A stretch of 64,000 bases of DNA from Bugula neritina (lineage: Eukaryota > Animalia > Bryozoa), in the NCBI GenBank assembly GCA_964035545.1, contig OZ037767.1, positions 23,142,628 to 23,206,627 of the forward strand. Direction: 5' to 3'. The notes beneath the pieces were generated by a model. That model did no database searches and had not been told where the DNA came from. It was given only the letters and a program-made list of their open reading frames with translations. The position numbers and the translations under genes are program-made. Each line of letters starts with the position of its first letter. The first letter of the stretch is position 1. Positions 25,319-38,486 of the stretch are shown piece after piece.

Positions 25319-27878
25319 AGTAGGAATTGTTGTAAGTGACCAATTAAAGTTCTAAAAATACCCCATTATATCATGTAAAGTAGCACATATGCCTAAACAG
25401 GCAACTTTATGATAACGATAATGAGCATATTATATTTTATGATAACTATAATAATAAGCATTGCGGCTAAACTATAGTAGCAAGAAGAGAGCGACTATCT
25501 TACCAGTGCTTCTGTGGCCCACGAAGTCGCTCGATCTCTGTGAGTCTCTTGGCCTCTAGCAGGTGATCTTCTTCTATCTTCAACCTGCTTAGTCTGAGTT
25601 GTGCCAGATCTGACGCGTACGGTGAGATCATATGCACTGTACCTGCTGCTATAGACGGCGCAACGTCACTCAGACTATACATCTTAGTGATGTTGTCAAC
25701 ATAAGTGCTGTCAAAGTCAGCGTAATCTATTCCTCTGATTTGATCGTTTACCTTGCCATCAACCCTCCACTTGTGTGGACTCTTCGGCCTCAAGTGCTTT
25801 GGTGGAGGAGAAGAAGCCATAGAACTGTAAATTATATACACATCATTGTATTATATATATTCTGTGATCTACAGTTATATAGACATTATTGGATTGTTAT
25901 TCTTTAGTGATCTACACTTATATAAACATCGCTGTATTATGTATAGTAAGTGGTATTATAATTATATAGATATCGTTGTATTATGTATAGTAAGTGGTAT
26001 TATAATTATATAGATATCGTTGTATTATGTACAGTAAGTGGTATTATAATTATATAGATATCGTTGTATTATGTACAATAAGTGGTATTATAATTATATA
26101 GACATTGTTGTATTATGTACAGTAAGTGGCATTATAATTATATAGACATCGTTGCATTATGTACAGTAAGTGGTATTATAATTATATAGACATCGTTGTA
26201 TTATGTACAGTAAGTGGTATTATAATTATATAGACATCGTTGTATTATGTGTAGTACGGTATCCTCCAATACTCTGTATAATTTGTAAACTAACCGAGAC
26301 ATGGGTGGCTCTATATGGTCTATCTTATATGCACTCATGGTGACAGGGAAATTGTCTTTAGCTAAACTTTCTACACTCGTTACGGGAAACTCTTCATACA
26401 ATCTGGAATGAATAATACAAACACTAAACACTTATTATCATAAACAGAGCACATTTAGCTATAGGAAATTTTATCTACATCTATATTACAAGCACCAACA
26501 TGTTTTTTATACGTAATAACTGTAACTTATATTATATATATAGCTTATATTAAGATAAAGTTACAACAACAGGCAAACAACACCAGCCAATGTGTGCAGC
26601 TTATAGCACAAAGGTAAACTCACATATCAACATTGACACACCACATTGTATATTACATAACACATGGTAGGGTGACTGCATATAAATAAAACTTTTTTGA
26701 TGTATTAATAACAAAATAAGTCAGAAACTGGTAGTGAGATATATACCTGCTACTTAGTGGTGAGGGACTTCTAGATACCCAAGTACCTCTCAAACTGCTA
26801 CGATACGGAGAGGGGCTACGTGAACGTCTCCTTGACTTTCTCAAACTGTTTCTAAGAGCATCAGGCTTTGTACTCTCTCGGAGATGCACCTACATTCACG
26901 AGTGAATTGAAACCTACTTTTCCCAAAACTATGTACTAGACTCTAGAGATTGCTACGTTAACTATTAATAAAGCATTGAAATATGTTGAAACATTTAAAA
27001 TAAATATTAGTTTATTTCATAATAAAATTTAACAAAACTGAGTTAGTGCATTTAGCTGAAACCTGGTAAAAATGCATACAATTGAAAAGTATTAGTAGCA
27101 GCAATTGGGGTACTGAGGCAGCTTTGGCGTAGTGATTAGAGCAATGGCCTAATATGCAATAGGTCACGAGCTCATAGGTGACGACATCATTAGCATCCTA
27201 TCACAATCATACTCTTTCATACACGTCCATGTCCCAATTACCCAATTAAGCAGTTACTATCAGGGGTTCTCACAGATCAAGATGTAGCTGAAAAATCTTT
27301 AGGATTTGTGTACTCACCGGGTGTGTTGACCATGTTGCTAACTTTGAATTCTCTCTGTACATCTTTTCTTTGAATGATGAGTCATTGAGCTCCATCTCTA
27401 GACTACCATCACTACTGCAAAGAGATGCAACTAGCATCGTTTATGATTAGAACAGGGTGTAAATGTAGCCATCAGCAAAATGTAATCACCGACAACAGTA
27501 AGCATACACATTTACACTTTACAGTATAGCTTTCAGGCTCAACATAAAAGCGAGTTGATGCAAGACCATCGTTATGCCCAGAAATAACACTAAAACCCAC
27601 CTGTGATTACTCTCCCTGCTTGAATATCTTGTGTGGTACCTGGGAGGAGAGTGTGATCGATATGGGGATGTAACTCTACCACTCCTGCAAGCAATAAACA
27701 TTCATTATTATAGTATTCAGTTATTTTTGCATAGCTTTGGAGATCATTTAATGGACCATATTTGCTGCAAAAAATTGTATTTAAATACCAAAGTTTATGA
27801 ACTACTCATGGAAAATTTAAAATCAAAATTCATTGCAAAATTTGTTGTTAAATTATATGTATTTAAGGAAGAAAGATA

Positions 27879-27976
<98 letters not shown>

Positions 27977-28685
27977 GCAAAGTAAATCTAGATGTTGCTA
28001 ACCTCACTGGTGATAAAGACCTGGATCTAGATCTTTGTAGTCTGTTATTGTTACTCTGAAATGATTGACGAGAACGGCTGGCATCTTGAGTGTCCCTTAA
28101 AGAGAGACGCAACTGAGTTGGTGACATGCTGCGTCGGATGTCACTAGCCACTGTAGGACTTACAGACCGACCACCTGTAGTAATAGTCATCTTGCATCAA
28201 ATCAGTGCATTTGAAAAAGGAGAACAATTCCAAAAATCTACACATAACCATGTTTGCCTTGGCAGCCTTGTTGATGTTTGCAATATTTTTAAAAAAAATT
28301 GGAAGACAAAAGAGCCACCAGTCTTGGTCATATGACATTATAATAAGATAGCTGTATTTACCCTGAATAGAGTAGCGTCCTGGTGAATATGATCTCATAG
28401 TATTAAATGAAAGGTGACGTGTAGTCCCAGTGAGCTGTGAGTTTGTCAAGGCATAAGGTTTCTCGCTGTAAAAGATGTAACAAGCTATATGTCAATATAT
28501 ATTTAAGAAAATCTATAGTCTATAGTCAAGCAAAATAATAAGTTTTTAGATTATTCTAAAATCTGATGAGAAATTTTAGTAATAAAGTAATAAATGTTGA
28601 TACAGAAATGAGTTTAATACCTGAACTGCATAGATTGTGCATTCAGTACAAAGTCATCATCTATATGCGTTGTACTTGTGCCCAT
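24982..28685 (-). CDS. Uncharacterised Ser/Arg/Pro-rich protein with helical C-terminal domain, ~402 aa, 9 coding exons
   Basis: Phase-consistent exons 28685-28621, 28465-28362, 28174-28003, 27684-27601, 27414-27318, 26889-26747, 26402-26295, 25824-25504, 25096-24982 (1209 nt). Repeated RSxSP motifs; C-terminus SPYASDLAQLRLSRLKIEEDHLLEAKRLTEIERLRGPQKHWYALKTPDFHYEAHKNNEL. Confidence 0.8.
25229..25315. repeat. (TA)n microsatellite
   Basis: Direct reading; intronic. Confidence 0.95.
25830..26250. repeat. Minisatellite, 44-bp unit (TATTATGTACAGTAAGTGGTATTATAATTATATAGACATCGTTG)
   Basis: About 7 good copies plus degenerate ones, filling most of intron 25825-26294. Confidence 0.9.
27115..27295 (+). 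mobile_element. Diverged tRNA-derived SINE copy
   Basis: A-box-like TGGCGTAGTGATTAGAGCA head; shares CTATCAGGGGTT(T)CTCACAG with 62084-62103. Confidence 0.55.
27883..27973. repeat. (AG)n microsatellite, (CT)n on the sense strand of the host gene
   Basis: Direct reading. Confidence 0.95.
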
Positions 28686-29239
28686 CACTTTACCAGCATT
28701 CTATAAACTTTTTTAAGTAAGCATTCAAGTGTGATTCTACAATTAAAAAGAGCAATCAAGTCATTGATTGCACACACAATTTTTGAGATAGGACTCATCA
28801 TGATCATCATAATTATAATGATGATATAACTTATAATTACAACTACTATTACTATAAAAATTAGCTTCAGGTTTTAATTATCTTTTACTTCAAATTTATT
28901 TTTATGATGATGATCATCAACATCTTTGACTCAGAATAGCTGTAGCTCATGACCATATGATTATCAGTAGGATAAGTCATAAGAAGTAGAATACAACGCT
29001 GTAACTACTTCTATTGTGATTTTCATCAAACGTTTGCAACAAGTGAATATTTTTGTTTAACTATTTTTTAATTACAATCAAAAATGCATGCTATGCTAAA
29101 TTATTAGATAGAAGTAAAGGTAGTAAAACTAAATTTTGATTCTAATACGTGCAATAATTATAAATTTCCATTTCATACAGCAAGAGTTTAGAGGTAACCA
29201 TGCAACTATAACACTTTACGCGTGAACAGACGAGACCTC

Positions 29240-29455
29240 CTTATTGCGCGCATTTGCGCAAATAGCAGATTCAATACCTTCTGTAATTGGTTCACGTCTT
29301 ACTAGATACCGTCACATTATTGGGTAGGGGGTCATTATATGCGTATATTTCCGCGGATCTGGCAAGTGCTTATTTGAAGAGCTCCATTTCACCATCTTCT
29401 TAAGTGACGAAGGCGCCAAAACCCTTTTTAATCCCTCAAAGTTGCACCAATGCTT
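29240..29455. promoter_or_regulatory. Putative bidirectional promoter with CCAAT, CHR and E2F motifs
   Basis: Locally CpG-containing segment between divergent genes. ATTGG at 29286 and 29319 (33 bp apart), TTTGAA at 29373, GGCGCCAAA at 29412 (TTTGGCGC on - strand), CCAAT at 29447. Confidence 0.55.
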
Positions 29456-31036
29456 CTAAGCAGACTCATGCTAACTTAGGTTCTAGTTGTGTAAGGAAGT
29501 TTACAGTAATGTATAGTCATATGCACATAAACATTTAAGTCTTGCCCTTCAGCTTCAGTTTTACCCGAAGCACTAGCAGGGCCTGTTGCTTGATGATGAT
29601 GACCATCATGATCATGATCATAATGATGATAATAATGCATATCTCTTATAGTTATTCTTAGTCTTATGCCTATGCCCTATTCTAAATGCTTACTTTTAAG
29701 TTAATTACATCTGACTATTAACTGTAGTAATCAGTATACCTTCTAATCAACGATTCTGCCGAATCAAAATGGTTCAGTAATTGTAAAACTAAAAGTAAAT
29801 CATAAATGGATTTTTAGTATGGTGAATGTGATCATTATGATCATGATGATGCTATATTGTTACTATCAGTAATACTAATATTCTAGTTATTACTTTTATT
29901 TTTAGTTTTAGTTGATAAACCGAGACACTATCGGCTTCAGTATGAGTATCACATTCACTATCAGTATCAGCATTAGTATTACTAATATTATTATTATTAT
30001 TATTACTATTACTATGTATGTAACAGCAGCTTATTAACACTAATATTAATATTAAATCTAATGGTGTCAGTAGCTGTATAGTGTAAATGTAATCACCTAG
30101 TAATGAGTAATCATAAAAACTAGGAAATCAAAATGAAACTTGAACTCAATTATTACTAAGATATTGATACTCATACTGCTACTGATCGTCCGATACTGAT
30201 TGTGAGCAAATCTATCGTTAATATAATTATAGATATTATTTCATCTTATACTCATAGACTGTCACTGTAGTTATTGCTAATGTTATGCTTGGTTACTACT
30301 TAGCTACAGTTACTGTCGGTGCTACTTACTCTTTTCCAATGCAAACTAAGCTATTCTAAGAAAGATAGTTACTTCTTTGTCAGCTCAAGAATTCTCAACA
30401 AAATCTATTAGGTCTATTTTAATTTTAGTATCAAAAGGCTGAGGTGATGCACATTTAGTCTCGCTAAAACTGTCTTTATGACATTGATAATGGTAATCCT
30501 TTGTTAAATTTTATAGTTTAATAAATCAAATTACTTTGTGTGTTCAAAACTTTAATTTATGTTTTGCAAATGTAAGTTTCCAAATGTTTATAGCATGTAG
30601 ATGTTCACTACTTTACATGCCTCCAGCATTATTTGTTGATTTACTATTCTTATAGATAAAATATTGCTGTTTCCCAGTTTTACATTTTAAAGTAAATTTC
30701 CACATCCTTGTTCTTAGGTTTTCAACAATTGAAATAATAAATATCAAGATAATTATTAGGTATAAGTCAGGTATAGCAGTATAAGTTTGAAGTTACAGTT
30801 GATAATTGTGTGTCTCATCACTCATATATTATGTTAGAAATACCATGACCCACCTGTGCAAGTACGTTGAAAACCACTTTCTAAAATGTTCTATTGGTTG
30901 TCTAGGATTTACAACATCAATGTAAGTTAGCATCAAATACATATGGTTACATCACGGCCATGGTTACTATGGATTCTAAATTTAATTTAATGCACTTGCA
31001 GAGAATTTATCTACCAAATGTTTCTCTTGGGCTATT

Positions 31037-34000
31037 ATGGGTAGACGAGATAAAGGAAAAGACGATATAGAAAATATAGCACCATCGTATGGTAGAGCCA
31101 ATTCAGTGAAATCTAAAAATACAGTAAGCACTATGAAAACTCGGTCTAACAAATCTCAAACAAAAACCACAGTTGTGAAAAATGCAAGATTGGGTGCTCT
31201 AACAACCCAGGATCCAAGCTCACATGAGGCGCTGCCTTCCATAGAAGTGGAACTTTCTGGTAGCTCATCAACGTCTGCTAGATCTCCGTTGTTAGAGTCG
31301 TCCCGCAATGACCTAACGCCTGAGAAAATAGAGACAGAGACTGGTGATGCATTAGCTAGTCATATCGAATCAATTGAAGCAACTCCAACGACAAATTTAA
31401 AAATATTATGTGACGCAGTTGATCATGACGAATCGATATCAGAAACATCTGGTGGTGCCAAACTAAAAACCGATCCAGTCACTCCCACCTCTAATCTCAA
31501 AATGCTCATTAATGCTGCAAGTCCGGAAATAAGGAGCCTGGAGTTGTCTAAAAGTCGTTTGTTCACTGATGACGAAGAAGAATTGGAAGAAGATTTGGAA
31601 ACATCCACTCGGAAGGTCTCTAAAAGTTCAGCGGCAACAAGAAAGCAAAAATCTCTTGGAATTTTGTGTCGCAGGTATGAAGTTTGTATGCACAACTTCA
31701 CTAAATAAGTGTGATTGTTTTAGTTTTCATGAAGATATTTTGGTTTCAAGAATTCTCAACTGAATATACAATGTAAAATGTGGAGGTCAACAGCCATTAT
31801 GCACTTCTTAAACCTTTTTTCCAGTAGCCAAAGTTTTTTATTTCAATTCTTTTTGTCTTCATAATTTAAATTCCCTCATCTTGAATCAATTGTATCACAT
31901 TTCTCAATGCTAGCCGTATCTTTAGATTCATGGCACAGTTTGACGAGAGCCCTCCACAGACATCTCGTATTGAGGTTTGTCTTGATGAATTAGCCGCTCA
32001 TTTAGGTAAGTAGTTCCATCAGTACGTTAAATAATACTCTCTAAGTTGCCAGCTTACTGCTGCCTATTGACACAGTAGCCATGCCTGCTCTACTCTAGCA
32101 ACATTGGCTGTTGGTTGTCATGTAACCGCATGTCTGTTCATATCTCCTGCAGGCACTGAGCGTAGGCGCATCTACGATATTGTTAATGTTCTGGAAAGTG
32201 TGGAAATGATGAGTCGTCGAGCTAAAAATAGATACCTTTGGCATGGCAAGACAAATCTCAGCGCGACGCTGGTCAAGCTTAAGGTGCATTATCTTATGTT
32301 TAGAGTATTGTGGGATAGCTCGAATGACATTAACATAACATTGCAGTTGGCAAATAAAATACTGATGTAAGACTGTGAGTGTTGTTTGTAGCACTTTGCA
32401 GAAAGCGAGAAAGTTGCAAAGCAGTTGGAGTTGGTAAGAGAGTTAGAACTGGCTCGTCTCTATGGCAGGAAGTCCAATAACGGTTTTCTGCAGTCGGGTT
32501 CGGAGGCTGTAGTTGACCACCCTAAGTACAAAGAGTACATGGAGTTGTTTGGAGGTGAGGGCTATGCTCAGTCACTCTTACTCAGTTAGTTGGACCTTTG
32601 AGTCTGAGAATGAGATTCTTGCATGTGCCGGTATTTAGCTACTCTGTTTAAACATCACCTCATCATATATGCTGCCAACTCTGTAACCCTGGCAGCTTTA
32701 GGCGATCACTTTATAAACGTGTTATTTAGTCTGAGCGTGTGTAAGTTTTAAGTAAGGTTTCAACAACTGTGTTAAAATTGAATCAACAGAACTGAGCTTA
32801 TATGTGGTGGAGTTATAATTTGATTCAACATAGTCAGTATTTCAGATGCTTCATTTTTTATTTGTATTTTAAAGATACTTTATGTGTCAAGTTATTAAAT
32901 GTTTTCAATTTCCAAGAGATACATTAAATGAGCAGACCAACACTTAGTGCTGTCACCCCAGAGAACAGGTGCTTGTCCGTGTGATGTGATGGTGTGACAA
33001 TGAGCATTCAATGTATGGCACCTGCTAATAGATTATGCATGATGTCTACAATTTTCAGAGTCTTACAAGAAGGAGAGGTCATTGGGGGTGATGAGCCAAA
33101 AGTTTTTGATGCTTTTCTTGACTTCTAAAACGGTAAGATTGTATGTATGAAAATTTTGTGTGGAATAAACAAGTGCCTCGCACTCTGCATGCTCACATCT
33201 GTGCTCTTTGTTACAGAAGACAATAAATCTAGACATGGCCGCTAAGATTTTGCTTGGAGATCCGCTGGTAGAAACTAAACAGACAAACTCCCAGTTTAAA
33301 AGTGGGTGAATAGAAATGTTTATATGTTTTCAAGTGTTATGTGGTGTAGCCTGTCTACAACTTGTAGCATGTAATTGTAATATTGTAACATTATTCAGGG
33401 CCTGTTCTGTTGCTCAGTATTTGCACTAGAGTCACTCTGTCCTAACTAGTTCTTGTTGATTAATAACACTGATATAGAAAGTGTATGCTATGATACAGTT
33501 TGCATTCTCAGACTATGGTACACTAACTATGCCCTTCATACTGATTTATATTCTAAATTGAGTCTTGCGTTTCTGTTCATTATCACTTATCAGGTGTTGT
33601 CCTCTCTTTAGCAAAGATCCGTAGACTGTATGACATAGCTAATATACTGGCTAGCATAAACCTCATATGTAAAGTGCATGTGAATGAACTCCGAGGGAGG
33701 AAACCTGCTTTCTCATACATCGGCCCTGATGTAGAGAAGTTATCATCTCTTGATGGTGAGTTTTCTGGCTTTACAGCAGTAACTGCTAATAGCAGCATTT
33801 AATAGAATTACTGGTGAATTTTCGTATTACTAAAGCTTATCGTGTTAACTCTCGCTAGAGTATAAGTATCTGAAAGATGTGGAAGTCACCAGACCAGGGA
33901 GGACAACCCTGGATATGAAAATGGAAGAACTAAAGAAGAAGATGGAGGCTCACCTGGCAGCTGAACTAGCAGCTGACACCGTGAAGCAGGTGCCCCCAGT

Positions 34001-37000
34001 GACAGTTCAGGCACCTGATATGGAAGAGATCAAACAGAGCATGGCAAGTGGTAGCGGGGCTAGTCTGCTGCAGGCAGCTACTGGTAGGTTTACTGTTGTA
34101 TTAGCACAAATATAATATGTTGTTAGGTTTACTGTTGCACTGGTACAGACTGTTACTATTAATCTGTTTTCCGCTGTGTTATTATTACAAATTTGATAGA
34201 GAAACCGACTGCTGAAATAGTATAACTTAATTATTCCATGCTGTTCCAACTTAGTGTTAATTCATAGTACTTATGTCAACTCATGCCTACTCATCACTCA
34301 CTACTCTCTACTCACTGTACTCTACTCATCACTCACTACTCTCTACTCACTATACTTTACTCACCACTCTCTACTCACTACTCTCTACTCACTGTACTCT
34401 ACTCATCACTCACTACTCTCTACTCACTATACTTTACTCACCACTCTCTACTCACTACTCTCTACTCACTACTCTCTACTCACCACTCTCTACTCTCTAC
34501 TCACTACTCACCACTTTCTATTCACTACTCTCTACTCACTACTCTCTACTCACCACTCTCTACTCACTACTCTCTACTCACTACTCTCTACTCACTACTC
34601 TTTACTCACCACTCTCTACTCACTACTCTCTACTCACCACTCTCTACTCACTACTCACCACTCTCTACTCACTACTCACCACTCTCTACTCACCACTCTC
34701 TACTCACTACTCTCTACTCACCACTGAAAGCTAATATTGTTATACAGAACACGCTGCAGCTAAAAGAGACAGAGCGATCAAACCAAAGTCTAGTAAACAG
34801 CCCATCATGGTCATACAGGTAAATTGAGTTACCTGTCGCACTCTGGCTTATGAGTGCAATTATGTGATCAATAGCACCCACAACTTTCAATAAAGTGCAG
34901 TTGGCATTGTTTTCCCCAAATGTTCTGCCCTCGTTGGTTGTGCTCCTGTAATATTTCACTCCATACCGTGCTGCTGTTAACCTCAATTCTAGGAACGGCA
35001 CATAATTATCATTATTCTACTTTTTCTGCTGAATAAAAATTTCCTTTATGCTTTTGATTCTGTTTTTTGTTTCTGTTGAAGCAGTAGATTTCTTGAAAGT
35101 TCCATGGTCTGATATCTTACTTTTACAGGGTCTGCCTACCACCAGCGCAGCTGGTCCTTTAGTTGTGGATTTCAGTCAACATTCTATTGTTTCATCTTCG
35201 CACCAAGATCAGATGCCAGGGATATCACTCTTGCCCATAGTACAGACTGTAGAAGGTGTGTATATAACACTAGTATACACATAGTACAGACTGTAGAAGG
35301 TGTGTATATAACACTAGTATACACATAGTACAGACTGTAGAAGGTGTGCATATAACACTAGTATACACATAGTACAGACTGTAGAAGGTGTGTATATTAC
35401 ACTAGTATACCCATAGTACAGACTGTAGAAGGTGTGTATATAACACTAGTATACACATAGTACAGACTGTAGAAAGTATGTATATTACACTAGTATACAC
35501 ATAGTACAGACTGTATTGCAATTTATTCTTTAAGTATGCAGTCAGTTTACTCAATCTGTATGACAATGCATATAATGTTACGTAACATAAACACTCTTTA
35601 CTGCTGCAGGGAATAAAATTTACATGACAACTCAGCCCTTGCCCCAGTCCCCTGTACTTCACACAGCGGGTACCACCTCAACCCGCCGTATCCTTCCTCA
35701 ACTGGCTACCAGGCAAACTCTCACTCTATATACTCCTCCAGCCAAACCTGCTGCCAGTCTGGAACTTTCCACTCAACAGAAACGTACCTCCTCCCAGGTC
35801 TGTATACTCTCATACGTAGCATTTCACTGTCAGGTGTGCCTCTATAGTATAACTAATAGTCGGGTATATGTCTATAGTGTAACTAATAGTCAGGTATATC
35901 TCTATAGTATAACTAATAGTCAGGTATATCTCTATAGTGTAACTAATAGTCAGGTATATCTCTATAGTGTAACTAATAGTCAGGTGTATCTCTATAGTGT
36001 AACTAATAGTCAGGTATATCTCTATAGTGTAACTAATAGTCAGGTATATCTCTATAGTATAACTAATAGTCAGGTATATCTCTATAGTATAACTAATAGT
36101 CAGGTATATCTCTATAGTGTAACTAATAGTCAGGTATATCTCTATAGTGTAACTAATAGTCAGGTGTATCTCTATAGTGTAACTAATAGTCAGGTGTATC
36201 TCTATAGTGTAACTAATAGTCAGGTATATCTCTATAGTGTAACTAATAGTCAGGTATATCTCTATAGTGTAACTAATAGTCAGGTATATCTCTATAGTAT
36301 AACTAATAGTCAGGTATATCTCTATAGTGTAACTAATAGTCAGGTATATCTCTATAGTGTAACTAATAGTCGGGTATATGTCTATAGTGTAACTAATAGT
36401 CAGGTATATCTCTATAGTATAACTAATAGTCAGGTATATCTCTATAGTGTAACTAATAGTCAGGTATATCTCTATAGTGTAACTAATAGTCAGGTGTATC
36501 TCTATAGTGTAACTAATAGTCAGGTATATCTCTATAGTGTAACTAATAGTCAGGTATATCTCTATAGTATAACTAATAGTCAGGTATATCTCTATAGTAT
36601 AACTAATAGTCAGGTATATCTCTATAGTGTAACTAATAGTCAGGTATATCTCTATAGTGTAACTAATAGTCAGGTGTATCTCTATAGTGTAACTAATAGT
36701 CAGGTGTATCTCTATAGTGTAACTAATAGTCAGGTATATCTCTATAGTGTAACTAATAGTCAGGTATATCTCTATAGTGTAACTAATAGTCAGGTATATC
36801 TCTATAGTATAACTAATAGTCAGGTATATCTCTATAGTGTAACTAATAGTCAGGTATATCTCTATAGTGTAACTAATAGTCAGGTATATCTCTATAGTGT
36901 AACTAATAGTCAGGTATATCTCTATAGTGTAACTAATAGTCAGGTATATCTCTATAGTGTAACTAATAGTCAGGTATATCTCTATAGTATAACTAATAGT

Positions 37001-38486
37001 CAGGTATATCTCTATAGTATAACTAATAGTCAGGTATATCTCTATAGTATAACTAATAGTCAGGTATATCTCTATAGTGTTACTAATAGTCAGGTATATC
37101 TCTATAGTGTAACTAATAGTCAGGTATATGGCAGACCTTAACTGGGATCTGAATTTGTTTACATATTTGTGTGGGTCATCCAGAAAAATAATAAAACAAT
37201 TTTTAAGTAAAGTTATGTAATCTAAAGGGAGTGGGGCTTCTCTAAAGCTTGTCAACATTAGAGCTTTTACTTAACAAACACTTCTGGGTGAACAGCAACC
37301 TACAGCATGATCCTGTCTTCAGTACATATCCCAGTGCTATAGTCTATACTCTATACTGAAGGTTTCATTTTTCTGCCGTGTGTGCCTGTTTGGCAGCTGG
37401 TGTCCAGTGTGGGCAGGTGCCCTGCTGGAATTTCATAGTGAATCATCTCTCTCAGATTGGTGATACTCAAGAGCACGCTGCCTCTACATCAGTTGCTGCC
37501 ACCACGAGTAATGCTGTGACACAGACTGCTGACGGTACATTCAGTACCTTCTTCCTTACCAAAGCTGATAATGAGTATTTCCTAATACACAAGAAACCAA
37601 AGTTAGACGCAGATTGTCAGGCAGCAGGGGAACCCAGCACAACAGGTTAGCTTTGTATTCAATCAGACCAGACCAATGCATTATTTAGCTGTTAGGTGAT
37701 TAGGTAACCATTTGTTAGTGTGTACACGCACTCACGCACGAAAACTTATATATTAGTATATTCTCTCTGTTATGCAGTCTGCCAGACAGAGAAACCTCTT
37801 AACGAAGAGATGACAACCACAAATGAAAGCGTAACGCAGCAAGTCTTAGAGGTTAGTTGCTGTTGGTTTTCTATAGCTTGCGTCTCTGGTGAAAGTTGTC
37901 AGTGGAGCTGCTCACTCTGCTATGAGCTCTAACTGTAGCTTTAGTTGGCTGTAGTTCAGTTGTAGACAAAAACTTTTGTGTTGAATGTGCTCGCCTTTTT
38001 GAGGCCATTTTGTGCAGAACTGTAAAATTAGACTAGTCCGTGCTATAAAACTAGGCCTGTTTCAGAGTTGTGTGCTCTCTGTAGCGTGTAATGAAAAGCA
38101 GTGTGTTACAAGCAGTGTTAAGTAATAATACAACTCTAACCTTTTACTATCTTTACTATCTTATGCAGGTACATCACACGCCCATTTCCACTCAAGTCAC
38201 GCCCATTTCTACTCATGCCACGCCCATCTTCACTCACGCCACGCCCATCTCCTCCGAAGTGAGTCCAGTCCCAGTACCAATTGTATTCAGTACTCCGAGC
38301 AGTCAGCATGTTCTACACTCATCACTGGGCACTGATGCCATCACCGGAACCCCTATCACGTTTCTAGCTAGTCCTACAACTGCCGAAGTGGTTACCCCTG
38401 GCAGCATTCTGGTTAGTCCTGTATCCACCCCTGCCCAGAGCCAGGGCTCATCTGCTCAAGCTATCAGCACAGTGAAGCTGAAGTAA
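31037..38486 (+). CDS. E2F7/8: Atypical E2F transcription factor E2F7/E2F8 (two DNA-binding domains), 14 coding exons
   Basis: DBD1 [13 protein letters not shown]...[22 protein letters not shown] and DBD2 [17 protein letters not shown]...[23 protein letters not shown]; N-terminal [18 protein letters not shown]. Exons 31037-31674, 31926-32005, 32153-32283, 32392-32554, 33059-33132, 33217-33301, 33612-33755, 33859-34083, 34748-34818, 35129-35254, 35610-35796, 37456-37645, 37778-37851, 38169-38486. The C-terminal exons rest on phase only. Confidence 0.93.
34288..34723. repeat. Intronic minisatellite of CTACTCAC(T/C)ACTCT-type units
   Basis: Direct reading; generates three overlapping spurious YSLL/THHS ORFs. 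Confidence 0.92.
35237..35513. repeat. 44-bp minisatellite (~6 copies) containing an exon end and 5' splice site
   Basis: Unit ATAGTACAGACTGTAGAAG|GTGTGTATATAACACTAGTATACAC; the first copy overlaps E2F7/8 exon 35129-35254. Confidence 0.92.
35829..37129. repeat. 30-bp minisatellite, ~43 copies (AACTAATAGTCAGGTATATCTCTATAGTGT), with a 510-bp higher-order duplication
   Basis: Direct reading; lies in E2F7/8 intron 35797-37455. Confidence 0.97.

Noticed and set aside
35829-37129. CRISPR-like array
   Set aside because: Head-to-tail repeats with no unique spacers, no cas genes, eukaryotic context. The same applies to the other minisatellites.
35624-37258. 505-aa (+) and 482-aa (-) repetitive ORFs as stand-alone proteins
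   Set aside because: Products of a stop-free 30-bp minisatellite; only 35610-35796 is a plausible E2F7/8 exon.
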